64,000 nucleotides of DNA from Octopus sinensis. Taxonomy: Eukaryota. The stretch covers positions 44,392,001-44,456,000 of the forward strand of contig NC_043002.1 in the NCBI RefSeq assembly GCF_006345805.1, written 5' to 3'. The translations under genes and the position numbers were made by a program. Below the pieces are notes generated by a model that saw only the letters and a list, made by a program, of their open reading frames with translations, was not told the origin of the DNA and ran no database searches. Numbering within the stretch: the first letter of the stretch is position 1; each line of letters starts with the position of its first letter. Shown one piece after another: positions 12,791-28,347 of this stretch.

Positions 12791-12998
12791 ACGTTTTGTT
12801 AATCTTCTATAATAAATATCTCAATACACTCGTTCTTACTGACTCATATTATGGCTGCTATTGTATTAGTAAATTTCCTATTATATATATATATATATAT
12901 ATGTTTTTAGGCGAAAATATTGGCTTAAATATACTTTCTATAATCCGAGTTATAGCTCTACACTTAGTTATTCCCATGTTATAGACAATTAAAATGAT

Positions 12999-13798
12999 AT
13001 GTTTATATTCAGTGAGTATTAATTATGTTTTTAAATATTAAGCGTCAGAAAGTATTTTCGTTACGATTTGACTGTTTTACGTATATGCTTTTCATTAAGT
13101 GGAAATGTTAGCTTAAATATTACTATAGTTGCTGTTTATATTTAACAAATAGTGGTCAACATTGATTGTTTTTCCGCGTAGTGTTATTTTAAGGCGATTG
13201 ACGCCTGAGACTCTTCCGTTAAGTTAAATTGATGTGCTATTCTCTTAGTTTATATTTGCTTGCTTCTTAACACGTATTATAGATTATTTGGTAGCAATAG
13301 TTTACAATACACATCTTTTGTTTATCTCTAATTAATTTATATGTTTAACGTTTTACACAGATTGTTAGTTTATATTTTATTTTCCGTTTTATGTATTGGC
13401 AACCTGTTTTCGACTATTTTCAATGTGCTTTGTTTACACATTTAGTACTGTAGTTCACTTTAATGTTCTATATATTTGAAATTCTACTATGGCAAAGTCC
13501 ATTTTGATGATATTTCTTTGTATTCAATATTTTACATTTCAATTTCTTTGCTTGTAGCCATAGGCACATAACGGTTTATGTTTGAGATTTGTTTGCGTTT
13601 GAAACATTAAATAGATGTAGGTGTTTGAAAAGCATTAAATAGATATAGACGTAATGTGCTAATGTTTTGCTTATGCTACTTGTAAATTAATTTCCAGGTA
13701 GCGTTATATTTTTAACGCTGTTGACACTATCTTGCTGTCTGGCACTCCCCAACTGGGGAAATCATAAGGAGGTCCATTTAGCAACTGAAGATGGATGA
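12999..13798 (+). CDS. Candidate two-exon signal-peptide ORF (12999-13011 + 13698-13798)
   Basis: ATGTTTATATTCA|GTGAGT … TTCCAG|exon|GTAAGT. Spliced translation MFIFSSVIFLTLLTLSCCLALPNWGNHKEVHLATEDG*, with the TGA directly before the donor. Confidence 0.3.
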
Positions 13799-16671
13799 GT
13801 AAGTTTAATGTGCTTGTTGACTGCTAACGTTTTGTTTTTTTGTATTATTGCGGTAGTAAGTTGTCTTTCATTGAAATTCTTGTTCTGGTTGTGATAAACT
13901 AGTTTAGGTAGTATTGTATTGGTTTCTCGGTTTATGGTAGTTTTTATGTATATATTATGCCATACATTTATAACGCGCCATTGGCATTCATATAGATTCT
14001 AAGTCTGGTAAAGATATTTCTTGTTGAGGTCTTTCAAGTTCATGGAGGTTCTGTTGTGTGCGAGCACACAATGCCTGCATGCATATATGCATACATATAT
14101 ACATACATAAATATATACAAACGCAATCACACACACAAATACATACACAGACATATGTAGTGTGAGAGGGAGGCGTTTTTGTCTGTACGTAGTTAGTGTG
14201 TTTGTAAAAAATATTACCCCATGCCAGTTAATTTGGACAGAATAGATTAAATTCTTATTTCTTCCATCCTAACACAAATATGTTTCCTTTATTTAAACTT
14301 GATGTGACAACAAAATCTACACTGACTATATAATATAAGCATGTGAAACTTGTAAATCACTTGCAATTTTAAACCAATAATTAGCCATAGCTTGATTTGA
14401 TATACGCTTTATCATCCAATTACGAATGCCAAGTCAGCCTTGTGAATGACAAACAGTATTGCATCTATAATACATTGATTCAATATATCCATCCTCGGGG
14501 TATAGCATCGAGGTATATTTCTCTCACATTCTTTGTGTTAAAGTACTCTGTATCTCACACACAGAAAGTCTGTTTTGCAAATATCATTGTAGAAAAGACG
14601 GATGAATTAAATTTACTTGAAAAGTAAACTTATTTTCTTGAAGATAAAGTACAATGACCTTTCCAGTGGCATTTCCAGGACCCATTATGGAAATTTGATT
14701 TTCACTTTGCTGGGGTTATCCGTTTGCTTCAGTGGTTCACCGCTGTCATGGACTGAACAAATTTTCCTACTTTCTTTCCAGCGCTACTGATGTCAGTGGT
14801 CAGTGATATTACAGTCATTGCTTTATAACTTTGCCATTTGGCCTGTATTGGTATCGTTCCTGATTTGAAGTGATCAATCTTTTCGTTTTACTTTGGCCGC
14901 AGCTGTACTATTTTGTGCATTTTATGAGTGGGTTTTACCGTCACTCATGGCATTGGTATTGATATCATTTCATCTAATGTTACTATCATTGTAGCTATTG
15001 TCATTTCAACCCTTCATGTTTCGTTATCGCTGTCGTAAATTCTCTTTGGATTGTCACTTCAGTTTAGAGAGTTGTCAGATAGAAATTATCTCGATCTAGT
15101 GTTAGATGCACTTTTATTTTAAATAAAATATTAATATTATTCATATGCTCTCTTAAATCGTATAATATTTTCTTAAGATATTTGAATATATACAGCATTC
15201 CGTACACTCTAAGATACAACTCTGATTTCAAAAATTATATACTATGATGTTATATAATATCAAGGGAAATTATATTCATATAATTTTTCATATCCTTTCC
15301 CGAACTGAAAAGATGTGATTCCCATTTTTTCAGTTTAGCTATAATGCCGTTGTAATTGCTTAAAATCTTAAATAAAACAGACAACAAAAGATTCATATTA
15401 CCTTCAAGATATTCGTGTTCTTGAAATTCTTGAGGTACCACCCATTTTACAAGTAGTCAATAGACTTCAGTATAGTGACTATAATATTATAGATTCTATA
15501 GTGAAAAATCAATATTAAGACTCTCTAAGACATCGTTCAGGCAGAATCGTTACGACGCCGGAAAAATGTTTAACGCATTCCTTCCGAATTTACATTCTGA
15601 ATTCAAATGCCCTTGCGTTTTATCTTTTAGGAATCGAGGACCTAGGTAACAATTGAGCAAGGGATTGATGTAATCGACAAAACAGAAGTCATATTGTCAT
15701 ACACTCTGCATGACATGGAAGCTCTTGGGTTGTCTAATTTTTTGTTAGTGAATTTTCATTTATTTTCATTTAATAAATGTTGCTTACTGCAAGTTATGGA
15801 TGATTCTTTTATGACCTCATTGCTTTCAGACTTCGCTTAAGGTATTTTCGCGCCCGACATCACAAAATGCATCTGAATAAACATTGCCGAACAGCAAACA
15901 GAGACTCGGACATTGCTTAGAAAATAAATTTCATTTTTAACCTCGTATATAGGGATTTTGACCTTAAATTTTCGTAAAAAAGTGCGGGTTATACTCGAGG
16001 ATTTACAGTACTTGTTCGAATACGTCGGAAGTATATTTGAACTGGTCGCAAGTTAGTAATGTAAGTGACTGGAGATAATAGAGAGCATATGAAATTTAAT
16101 GATAGCGTTAAAAGTAGCACGAGTTAGAAATAAAATCAGTATACAATGCAATATGTAAACAGGATGTTTAAATTTAGATTTTGTCATATTTATTTTACGG
16201 TGAGAACTGATTAAATGCAAAATGTTTAGCTAAGATAAATTAACAACTTAGCTTGAATTCAGAATTGCGTTCTAAGTGTTTAGAGGATGTTTAAATTATG
16301 AATATGTGCATTTCGTCAATACATAAAGAATATATAATGTATATCACTTGCAACTGTGAACAGCGGCAGAATTTGGAAACAGACGTATAAAAGAATATTT
16401 AGCAGAAACGGAGATAGAAAGCGAAATAGAAAAGATGGAAATTTATGCATGCAGATATTTAGATATAAATTGGTGCCTATACCTAAAGATATATAATTTT
16501 ACAAACACATAGATGCACGTACACAACATCACATGCATGCACACACATGCACAAACACACACAAACACACACACATTCACATACATACACATAATATAAA
16601 TGAAATCAAACCAAATAATCATATTTTGAAAGCATTTAATACGTATGTTTCAAATCATTGTTTTATATATG

Positions 16672-16935
16672 AAGGAACGTGGCTTAGCGGTTAGGGGTAT
16701 TTGGCTCACGATAGTAAGGTGTTGAGTTCAATTCCAGGCGGTGCGTTGTGTCGTTGTGCAAGACATTTTATTTAACGTTGTTTCAGTCAACTCACCCGGA
16801 AAAGATAAGCAGTATCTGTGTTTCAAAGGGCCAGCCTCGTCATATTCTGTGTCACGAATCTTCCTCGGAACAACGTTACGGGTATCTGTGTCTGTGGAAT
16901 ATTCAGCCACCTGCTTGTTAATTGATGAGGACAAA
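16672..16935 (+). mobile_element. tRNA-derived CORE-like SINE (family C)
   Basis: GTGGCTTAGCGGTTAGGG…GAGTTCAATTCC…TGTGTCGTTGTGCAAGACA; homologous to 56173-56497. Confidence 0.8.
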
Positions 16936-17084
16936 TATCCGTCAATTGTAAATAATGTAAATAATATTAATGTTTGTCTTTATGTTCTGTCATAATACAG
17001 TTTTACACTAATCTGATGTATTGCACTATACTTTTGCAGAGTATAAGTTATTGTTGTTAAGCTAGAACACTACTGACGCTTTCT

Positions 17085-17460
17085 TCGAAGTTTCAGCCAG
17101 CTAAACTATCCTCCAGAAATGGATGCCAAAGGTGCCAACCACACCATCTAAATTCAGGACAAGGTACTGCAATAGTCTAGGGTTCAAAGGCCCACAAATC
17201 TTCAATGTCCTGTCACGAAAATTAAGAAATCTGCATAAGGTGGAATTAGAGGTCTTCAAAAAGGATCTAGACATCCTCTTCTCCACAATATCGGTTGAAC
17301 CAGTGGCCCGACATGAAGTACAGATGAGGCAACGGAATCAAACTCATACACCAAATCGGAAAAGAATTGAGACAAAGGAACATATACATGAGTGGTGATG
17401 CGAAACACTCCAGACTGAAGAAATCAGCAAAATCACGGTGGTGTTCCAGCATGACCACAG
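17085..17460 (+). mobile_element. CR1-like LINE 3' fragment
   Basis: MPKVPTTPSKFRTRYCNSLGFKGPQIFNVL…VFKKDLD is a typical CR1/L2-group ORF2 C-terminus; it lies tail-to-tail with the next element. Confidence 0.75.
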
Positions 17461-17489
17461 CCGTACGAGTGAAGTGAATATATATATAT

Positions 17490-20400
17490 AAAACTTAGAT
17501 ATGTTTCGACCAAAGATTGGTTCAGGCCATGTCTAACTTAATAGCACCACCTGATAGGATTATCTAAATCCTGTTTAAGTCAAGTTTTGTTTATGGTCCA
17601 TTCAAGTAGTGAGCTTTGGTTGAGTGAATTGTATCCAATTATGGGTGGCTTATCTGGTATTCCTTGAAGCAATCTATCCAGACTCCGTTTAAAGTTGATG
17701 GCATTTTTTTCCTCTTTGATCTCTTTCGGGACAATGTTAAATAGAGCAGGGCCTGTTGAAGAAAAGAAATTATGTTGCAGTGTACATATATGCCGTGATC
17801 TTGGATTGGGTAGGGGACGTATGGCCCGTGGTCCCAGACTTGGATGAACCTTGAAGCTAATGTTCAGGTCGTTTGGGCAAAGTTGGTGGTATATTCTCCA
17901 CATCATGCAAATGATGTACCGCTCACGGCGACGCTGGAGAGAGTAGAGTTTCAAGGCTTTAAGGCGGTCCCAATAATCAAGAGCAGCCATGCCTTCAATT
18001 CGTTTAGTGGGTGCCCTCTGGGGTGATTCAATCCTCGAGATGTTTTGTCTTGTATGGGGAGACCACAGTGTGCATCAGTATTCGATGTGTGGCCGTACAA
18101 AGGAGGAGAAAAGTGGTATGATGAGACCTTGTTCTCTGGACCGGAAAGTTCTTAAGATCCAGGAACTCATCCTACGAGCTATATCGACCTTATTGTTGAT
18201 GTGAGCACTCCAACTGAGATCGTCATCAACAATTACACCCAGGTCTCTTATATTGTTAGAGGCTGTGAGCGGTTCCCCTGAAGGAAGAGAGTATGGCTGT
18301 TTTAGTGAGGAATTTCTTCCAAAATGCATCAGCTCAAATTTTCCCTCGTTCAGTTGCATTTTGTTTCTGTCTGCCCATTGACTCACAGCATATAGATCAG
18401 ACTGGAGTTGAGTTTGGTTTGCTTCTTCATTGAGGATTTGCTGGAGCTTAGTGTCATCAGCAAATATTATTACTTTGCAGTAATGTACGACACTGGAAAG
18501 GTCGTTTATGTAAATTATAAAGAATAGCGGGCCCAAGACAGTCCCCTGGGGGACACCGCTGGTGACTTTTGCTGGGCTTGAATGGACTCCATCAACTGCA
18601 ACATGTTGTGTTCTATTCGGCAGGAAATACTTAATCCAGTGTAGAAGTTTTCCACGGATTCCAACATTTGCCAATTTTGAGAGTAGGATATTACGGTCAA
18701 CCCTGTCGAACGCTTTACTGAAGTCAAGATATATGACATCAGAGTTCGAACCTGTTCCCAAGGCTTTGAGTACATCTTCAATGTGGTATAAGAGCTGTGT
18801 TAGACAGTCCCTGCCACAGCGAAAGCCAGGCTGATTTGCATTTAGGAGTTTGTGGGTCTCCCGGAAGTCAGCTATCCTTGATCTTAACACTCTTTCAAAC
18901 ACTTTAATGATGTGGGAGGTGAGTGAGATTGGGCGATAGTTGACAGCGAGGGATCTGTTTTCCTGTTTGAAAACCGGGATGACAGACTGGGATAGAAGCT
19001 GTTTCGGTATATAACCTGAGTCTAACGAATTTCTCCAGAGGTTGGTCAAAGGGACTGCAAATTGGTGTCTACATTCCTTCAGGAGACTGGCGGGGAATCT
19101 ATCAGGGCCTACAGCAGAATAGTATTTGACCTTATTTATTGCTGCTATGGTGTCAGAGGCAGTGAAGGTTATGTCTGAGATTTTATGTTGGGAATCAACT
19201 TCGTTCGCTCTTACGCCAATATCAGTGGGATCACTAAAGACAGAGCAGTATTGTTTCTGCAGTATTTCTGCCATTTCTTTAGCATCGTGTTGTGGAATGC
19301 CGTTATCATTACTCAATGGCCCAATGGGTGAGACAGTGGTTCTATGGTTATTTGCATAAGAATAGAACACTTTTGGGTTCTGTTTGATGTTTTTGATTAC
19401 CCACTGTTCCTCCACAGCTCTTTGATTTTCAATGGAGGTTTTCATGTCGGTCTGCAGATGAGGTTTTTCCAACTCTAGCCTTTTCATTGTTGTCGAATGT
19501 GGATGTTGTATGTGGGAATATTTTAATTGGTTGATTTTTTTATTGAGTCTTTTGATGCGCCTGATGAGTGTTTTTTTCTTTTTAGGGAGCCAGTTTCTGT
19601 TTGTGTTAGTAGATTTCGTAGGAGCGTGTTTAGAGCATGTATAGGTGACAATGTTCTCAAAGTGCTGCCATGCGGTCTCAATTTGGGTGAAATTGAGAGT
19701 AAAAGACCAGTCGATGAAAGACAGATCCTTTCTGATTGCCCCCCAGTACGCATTGTGGAAGTTTATGTTGTCAAATGAGTGCTATGGAGTGGGAGTGGCT
19801 GGTTTGGTTTTTTATATGCCGGGAATTAAAATTGCAGAGTACCATGTCGTGGTCTGAGAGGAGAGTTTTTTTCAACTGAAATACTGTGAACAAAGCTAGA
19901 GTGGTTGGTTAATATTAGATCCAAGATCGTTTTATTCTGTCTTGTTGGTTCGAGCACTAGATGAGTCAGGAAGAATTTATCCATTAGATTAAAGAGTAAT
20001 TCTGCTGCTGCTTTATCTGATGTGGAGCATTTGCCTAACGTCAGAGTATTTGTGGGCCAATATATGAGGAAGGTTAAAAATCACTCATCACTAGTATGTT
20101 TCCAGAGTTGTATTTTTGAAGGAAGGACTTGATTTTGTTAAGGCACTCTTCGAAGCACTTTAAAGGTGCTTGGGGAGGCCTGTAAAGACCAACAATGATT
20201 ATATCTTTGGCCTTGTTGAATAGGGATATAGATTCACAATAGCTATTGGAAAATATGTCCTTGGCATCAAGCGAAAAGGAGTCATGGATAAAGATGGCTG
20301 TCCCTCTGTGCGATCTGAACAAACGATGGTGAAATCTTTTATTTTCACCTCGGCATCCATATGGGTGTTGTTTAGGTGAGTTTCAGCAAGGATAAAGAAA

Positions 20401-20965
20401 AGGAAGCAATGTGCCGATTCGGCAAGCCAACTCTCTATATATGGGATCTTCCATTTTTGGGCAATGATTGATGGGTTGATGCCACGTACATTTAACAGGA
20501 ATGTCGAGGTATGGGTAGTTTGATGTTTGCATTGTTCTAAGTTATGTCTTATGTTGTTCAGTGGTAACAATGTGGGTAGTTTTTGTATGGAGCTGTGTGT
20601 GTGTGATTTTCTTGTTGGTAGAGGGTGTGTGGGCCTTGTGGTTTGCATGAATGGTTGCTGATAGCACGTTGGATCTCCTGGCTTAGGTCGGCCTTCATAT
20701 TTTCTAGGTAAGTCAGTAAAAAAGAGTTGCCTCTTTGGTTTGCCACTTGGTCAGGGAATACATACTTCATGTTTTTGTTATTTGGTGATATGGTTTTTTC
20801 ATGGTTCTGTCTTCGTTGTTTGATTGTAGGAGGTGAAACGTGGCTGTATTTTGTTTTTGTTGTTGTCGTAGATCTCCTCTGTTGCTGTTTATATTTATTT
20901 TGCGATCGTTTTGTGCCCTTCAGATGGTGGTGGTTGCATTCTGGGTTCAGGCACATCCTTAGTGA
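17490..20965 (-). mobile_element. CR1-like LINE, 5'-truncated (end of ORF1 + ORF2 EN/RT + 3' UTR)
   Basis: EN motifs LNVRGI, LAETHL, GLYRPP. RT ORF 18075-19487 with YRPISLTSH, LDFSKAFD, GVPQGTVLGP, FADDTK, DLGV. C-terminal RLKALKLYSLQRRRERY. Confidence 0.95.
18075..19487 (-). pseudogene. Reverse transcriptase domain of CR1-like ORF2 (470-codon open segment)
   Basis: All core RT motifs lie in one frame; flanking EN and C-terminal parts are frameshifted. Confidence 0.92.
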
Positions 20966-21001
20966 CACATATATATATACATATATATACATATATATAC
21001 G

Positions 21002-21075
<74 letters not shown>

Positions 21076-21109
21076 TATATATATATAATATACCATAACA
21101 ATAAATGTT

Positions 21110-21330
21110 TTCCGATTTGAAGTGACAATCTTTAATTACAATTGACCAAAATTTGATGAGCTAACCCTACCCAGAATCGAAACCACAAATCAACGCTAAC
21201 AAGGCTCCTTGGAATCGGATGCACAAGGAACCACGATAACGTTGATTTGTGGGTTCGATTCTGGCAAGGCTTAGCTCATCATTTTTCGGTTATTCTTCTG
21301 AATTTAAAAATTGTCGCTTCAAATCGGGTA
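21110..21330. mobile_element. MITE-like palindromic element
   Basis: Imperfect ~85-bp inverted arms (CCGATTTGAAGTGACAAT…TGATGAGCTAA…CAAATCAACG versus CGTTGATTTG…TTAGCTCATCA…ATTGTCGCTTCAAATCGG) around a ~45-bp spacer. Confidence 0.7.
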
Positions 21331-21406
21331 ATATATAATATTATACAGTTATTATTTTACTGAGTTTCCATAGTAGCTTCCTCTCCGTAACTTACAAAGC
21401 CTGTTT

Positions 21407-21458
<52 letters not shown>

Positions 21459-21499
21459 TACAGTTATATGGATTCATAAGAACATATGTACATCAACAC

Positions 21500-21680
21500 A
21501 TTAAACGCAAGGAATGGCTAGGTACGAGAAAATAGATCTCACAGAGGGGTAAACTATATTGAGAAGATCAAGTGTAGGTAAGGTACTCTAGATATTTAAT
21601 TACCACCTCGAATTTAAACCATGGATCCAACTCCATGGTTGGTCCTATAAAAATATAAACACAGCTGGTGTTTTAAATTT
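21500..21680 (+). repeat. ~180-bp dispersed repeat, copy 1
   Basis: Clearly homologous to 26950-27145 (AAACGCAAG…GGCTAGGTACGA…TCGAATTTAAACCATGGATCCAACTC…CTGGTGTTTTAAA). Confidence 0.85.
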
Positions 21681-21720
21681 GTGATAGCTGTTTTAGTAGA
21701 ATTTTTTCTAAAGCTAGCAG

Positions 21721-21896
21721 AAAGGATTACGTCATAACCTAGAATTCATCATCATCAGGCAAAATTTTAAACAGATAAGATATCAAAAAAATGAGGTATC
21801 ATCCAGCGACCTGAACAACTTAAACATCAGTTGCAGCACTAGGTTATACAATCTTAATGCACGAATATATAGGAAAATTAGGTGTGGCTACAACGG
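21721..21896 (+). CDS. Candidate internal coding exon (176 nt)
   Basis: TTTTTTCTAAAGCTAGCAG acceptor and GG|GTAAGT donor. One open frame: KGLRHNLEFIIIRQNFKQIRYQKNEVSSSDLNNLNISCSTRLYNLNARIYRKIRCGYNG. Confidence 0.35.
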
Positions 21897-22145
21897 GTAA
21901 GTAAGAAGTAGAGTGATCAAACAACCGTACTATTTAAATTCAATCAGGTCATCAAAATCGAAAAATCATTATCTCGTTAAAAGATATAATTTGTGAGATT
22001 CTTGTCGACAAATAACATAAACCTGTCATCGAGACTCATCTAATTCTATCCATCATAAATACAATACACACGCACGCACGCACACACACGAACACATTCA
22101 CAAACACGCACACACACAAACATATATATATATATATTTTATCTA

Positions 22146-22190
<45 letters not shown>

Positions 22191-22217
22191 GTACACATAG
22201 GCATAGATATTCACATG

Positions 22218-22267
<50 letters not shown>

Positions 22268-22467
22268 TATACATATGTATATATAAATATATAAATATGT
22301 ATACATATTTACATACATATATATATATATATATGTATATGTATATATATTATATATATATATATATATACATACTTACATACGTATTTATATATATAAT
22401 ATATATATATATATATACATACTTACATACGTATTTATATATATATAGATATACATACTTACATACG

Positions 22468-22511
<44 letters not shown>

Positions 22512-22512
<1 letters not shown>

Positions 22513-23490
22513 TAGCAGAGATACCCGCTCGAGATTAAAATGGCATAGTCTGTATATAATGTATTACAGTTATGTTGAAACAGGTGATATGGGAAGTGCA
22601 GCATTGACAGCAAAACATTTGTGGAGTAAATGATGGGCTGCTTTGACTAAGCAACATGCTATGCGTCCGTTTGAAGCACTTCAGGCCCTAACCAGTCATG
22701 GAAAATTGGATGTGGGGTTTATATGATTTTTGAAGGCACCGAAAATCAGTCAGTGGATATACTTTCCTTTGCAGCAGTTGGCACTGTGTGTAACGCGACT
22801 CATCATCTGGAATTTTGGCACTTCCGTCGGGTTTGTTGCCCTACATCACTCATAAACTAAGTTTGGAGGAACTGTGGTTGTTCATTTGCGAGTAACAGAG
22901 AACCAATGAGGTGATAGACTTGCTCTTGAACTCTGACGTCGGCGTAAATTCATGTTTATCAATCTTCTTAGATGCTCCAAACGCTGTCATTTGAAGTGCA
23001 GAGTTGTATTGTCTGAAATTGTTAAGGAAATCTTTTGACTTGATGGAAGTGCCTTCTAGAAGATTCATAAGAGGTTGAGAAGGAGCTGGTAGTGCTGGCA
23101 ATGTTGCCTTGCCGCCTGAGCAGCACTTACCGTCTGGTTCATTTGAAAATTTTAAAGCTCTACATAAACGACAATTTGTGTTTAGCACACCAATTTGGAC
23201 AGAGTTATCATTTTTATAAGAACGGGATGGATCATATCTAAAAACAACTTCAGGAGTTGTGAAGAATAAATTTGTGCGTAGTGTGTTTCTGAGAGCTATA
23301 CTACTGGACCTCTGTCTAATCATTAAAACATTGATTTAATGATCCAGCATTAAGTGCTGCAACATGAATTTGCTGATCTTGAGAAATCTCATCTCTCTTC
23401 AGACACTTGCCTTCGGGTTTCTACAATCCTTCTTGCTTTATACTTGTTTCTGGAGAGATTACGTCTTTTCTGTGTTTCTCACGCTCATTA
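22512..23490 (-). mobile_element. Internally deleted Helitron (Rep/Hel N-terminal fragment + 3' CTAG end)
   Basis: YDPSRSY…VQIG…CRLCRALKF…CCSGGK..LP…FLNNFRQYNSALQMTAFGA is a Helitron RepHel N-terminal signature. The minus strand ends CTAG followed by T at 22512. Confidence 0.85.
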
Positions 23491-23741
23491 TGTAAAAATG
23501 TATTTCAAGAGAGCAGAAATTGAAAGAAGACAAAGCGAAAAGAACAGAGAAAGAAAGTAAAAGATGTATGTACGTCTATATGAAATGGACGTGTGTGTGT
23601 GTTTGACGTCATGTACCCATATATGCATGTATATATACATATATATGTAGGAATGTACATATATGTGTGTATATATGCAAATATACATATATTATTTATA
23701 CTATTATATGATCGACCGCCACACATACATTTATAAGTAAG

Positions 23742-23774
<33 letters not shown>

Positions 23775-23781
<7 letters not shown>

Positions 23782-23911
23782 TGTGCCCCTTTCTGTAGAA
23801 GAGCGTAGACTCGAAACGTAAAAGACTTTTTCTATTCCTGAGCGTTATACTAATACATCTGTTTGCTTTGTACACCACCTGTCTTCGTCTTTTGTTTTTT
23901 TCGTAAACTCT

Positions 23912-23915
<4 letters not shown>
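23775..23915 (+). mobile_element. PLE-type 3' tail with degenerate hammerhead
   Basis: GAAGAGCGTAGACTCGAAACGTAA core remnant; near-identical tail at 61500-61655. Confidence 0.6.
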
Positions 23916-23972
<57 letters not shown>

Positions 23973-24048
23973 TACAGAGAGAGAGAGAGAGATACATACA
24001 TACATACATACATACATACATACATACATACATACATACATACATACA

Positions 24049-24081
<33 letters not shown>

Positions 24082-24087
24082 CTATAT

Positions 24088-26640
<2,553 letters not shown>

Positions 26641-26739
26641 GTGCGTGTGTGCGTGCGTGTGTGCGCGCGTGCGTGTGTGCGCGCGTGCGTGTGTGCGCGC
26701 GTGCGTGTGTGCGCGCGTGCGTGTGTGTGTCTTTGTATC

Positions 26740-26935
26740 AGTGTTTGTCAGCCACCACCGCTTGACAGCCGGTGTCGTTGTGTTTATGTGCTCGTAACGT
26801 AGCCGTACGACAAAAGAATCCGATAGAATAAGTACCGGGCTTAGAAAATAATTAGTGGGGTCGATCCATTCGACTAAAAATTCAAGGTGGTATATGGCCG
26901 CAGTCGAAGGACTGAACGAAATAAATGAATAAAAG
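26740..26935 (+). mobile_element. SINE family A 3' fragment
   Basis: CTTGACAGCCGGTGTCG…GATAGAATAAGTACC…GGGGTCGATCCATTCGACTAAA…TGGCCGCAGTC. Confidence 0.7.
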
Positions 26936-26949
26936 AATCACATACAAGT

Positions 26950-27145
26950 TAAACGCAAGAAATGGCTAGGTACGATAAAATAGATCTCACAAAGCGGTAA
27001 ACTATATTGAGAAGATCAAGTCAAATGTAGGTAGGCTACTCTAGATATATAAGTACCAGCTCGAATTTAAACCATGGATCCAACTCTGAGGTTGGTCATT
27101 GGATGGCGTAGGTATAAAAGAATAAACACAACTGGTGTTTTAAAG
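26950..27145 (+). repeat. ~190-bp dispersed repeat, copy 2
   Basis: Homologous to 21500-21680; truncated by the PLE RT fragment. Confidence 0.85.
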
Positions 27146-27149
27146 AGAA

Positions 27150-27535
27150 GGCAGATAGGGGTGAAAAGAGGCAGTGGATGTCTGAGGAAGAGAGGAGAGG
27201 AAAGGTGGGTAGAAGTAAAGATCATGTTTTCATAGTTGAGGCCCTTTCTCGTTCTTATGGCCACTCCCGAGAACTGTTGGTAAAAATGCCCCGCGAACGG
27301 GAAGCAGTTGAGGGAGAAAATAAGTTCGGCCGCACGAAGGAGTGTGGAGGTGTCAGGCTGGAGGGTTGGTTCGAGGGTCTAAGATGTGTTTGAGAGCAAA
27401 AAGTATGCTGTGTGGGACCACCGTATATAGACTCTTAATATCTAGAGTGAAAAGAAGTTTAGAGATGCCAGGAGGGAAGGAGAAAGAGTTGAAGAGACAG
27501 AGTGCATGATTAGTGCCGTGGATGTTGGAGGGGAG
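27150..27535 (-). mobile_element. Penelope-like element reverse transcriptase fragment
   Basis: NHALCLFNSFSFP…LFTLDIKSLYTVVPH…DTSTLLRAAELIFSLNCF.FAGHFYQQFSGVAI matches PLE RT motifs (D..SLYT, Q..G.AMG). Confidence 0.85.
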
Positions 27536-28119
27536 TGTCTCACCGTTCTCAAAAAGCGTTCGTAATATTTTCTCTCGTTTGGCTTAACAGCTCTCAATGT
27601 CTGTGTTACTGTTATTCTCCTTGTCCTGTCTTTTACTGTTTATATTTTGTACTGTCTTTACTGTCCTGTTTTGTTACCATTTTTACCCCTCCGCAAAAAA
27701 ATCTCAAATTTTATTTAATTTGCCTTTTGCGGGAAGGAATGTTTGAAAGAAGTCGTGTCTCGCTTTTACCTTCGAAATGCGGAGGAGATGAAACAGAGGC
27801 GACTGAAGAAGGGTAATTTTCCTTGTGTTGTATGTCCTGTACTCTATTTTTTCGTTATTTAAGAAAAATGTCCATTTCCTTGGTTTTGTGTTTATGTTTT
27901 CGTTTCTCATTGTATTCGACGTTCTTTTGGTGTCCTGTACCCATATATGCATGTATATATACATATAGATGTAGGTGCGTGCATATATGTATGTATATAT
28001 GCATATGTTTTATTTATTAATTTGTTATTATATATATATATATACACCCACATTCATCATGTATATATATCCATACACAAATACACAGACACACACAGAG
28101 AAACACATACACACGCACG

Positions 28120-28175
<56 letters not shown>

Positions 28176-28347
28176 CATGCATGTATGTGTGTACATATAT
28201 ATACTTACACATACATATATACATACATACACATTAGAGTTATGACGTTTTGATTTGTTGGAAGTAAACAATTTGCTGTACCAAACGTCGATGAACAAGT
28301 TTATAGAAGTAGAGACAATATCCTTTATTTTAAGAATCTTTAAAATG

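Noticed and set aside
14620-15460. Possible decayed coding region on the minus strand
   Set aside because: Many stops in all frames and no motif I could assign.
27785-27822. GAAAC…CTGAAGA as a permuted (type II) hammerhead
   Set aside because: Spacing is too short, with no NUH site or stems I and III.
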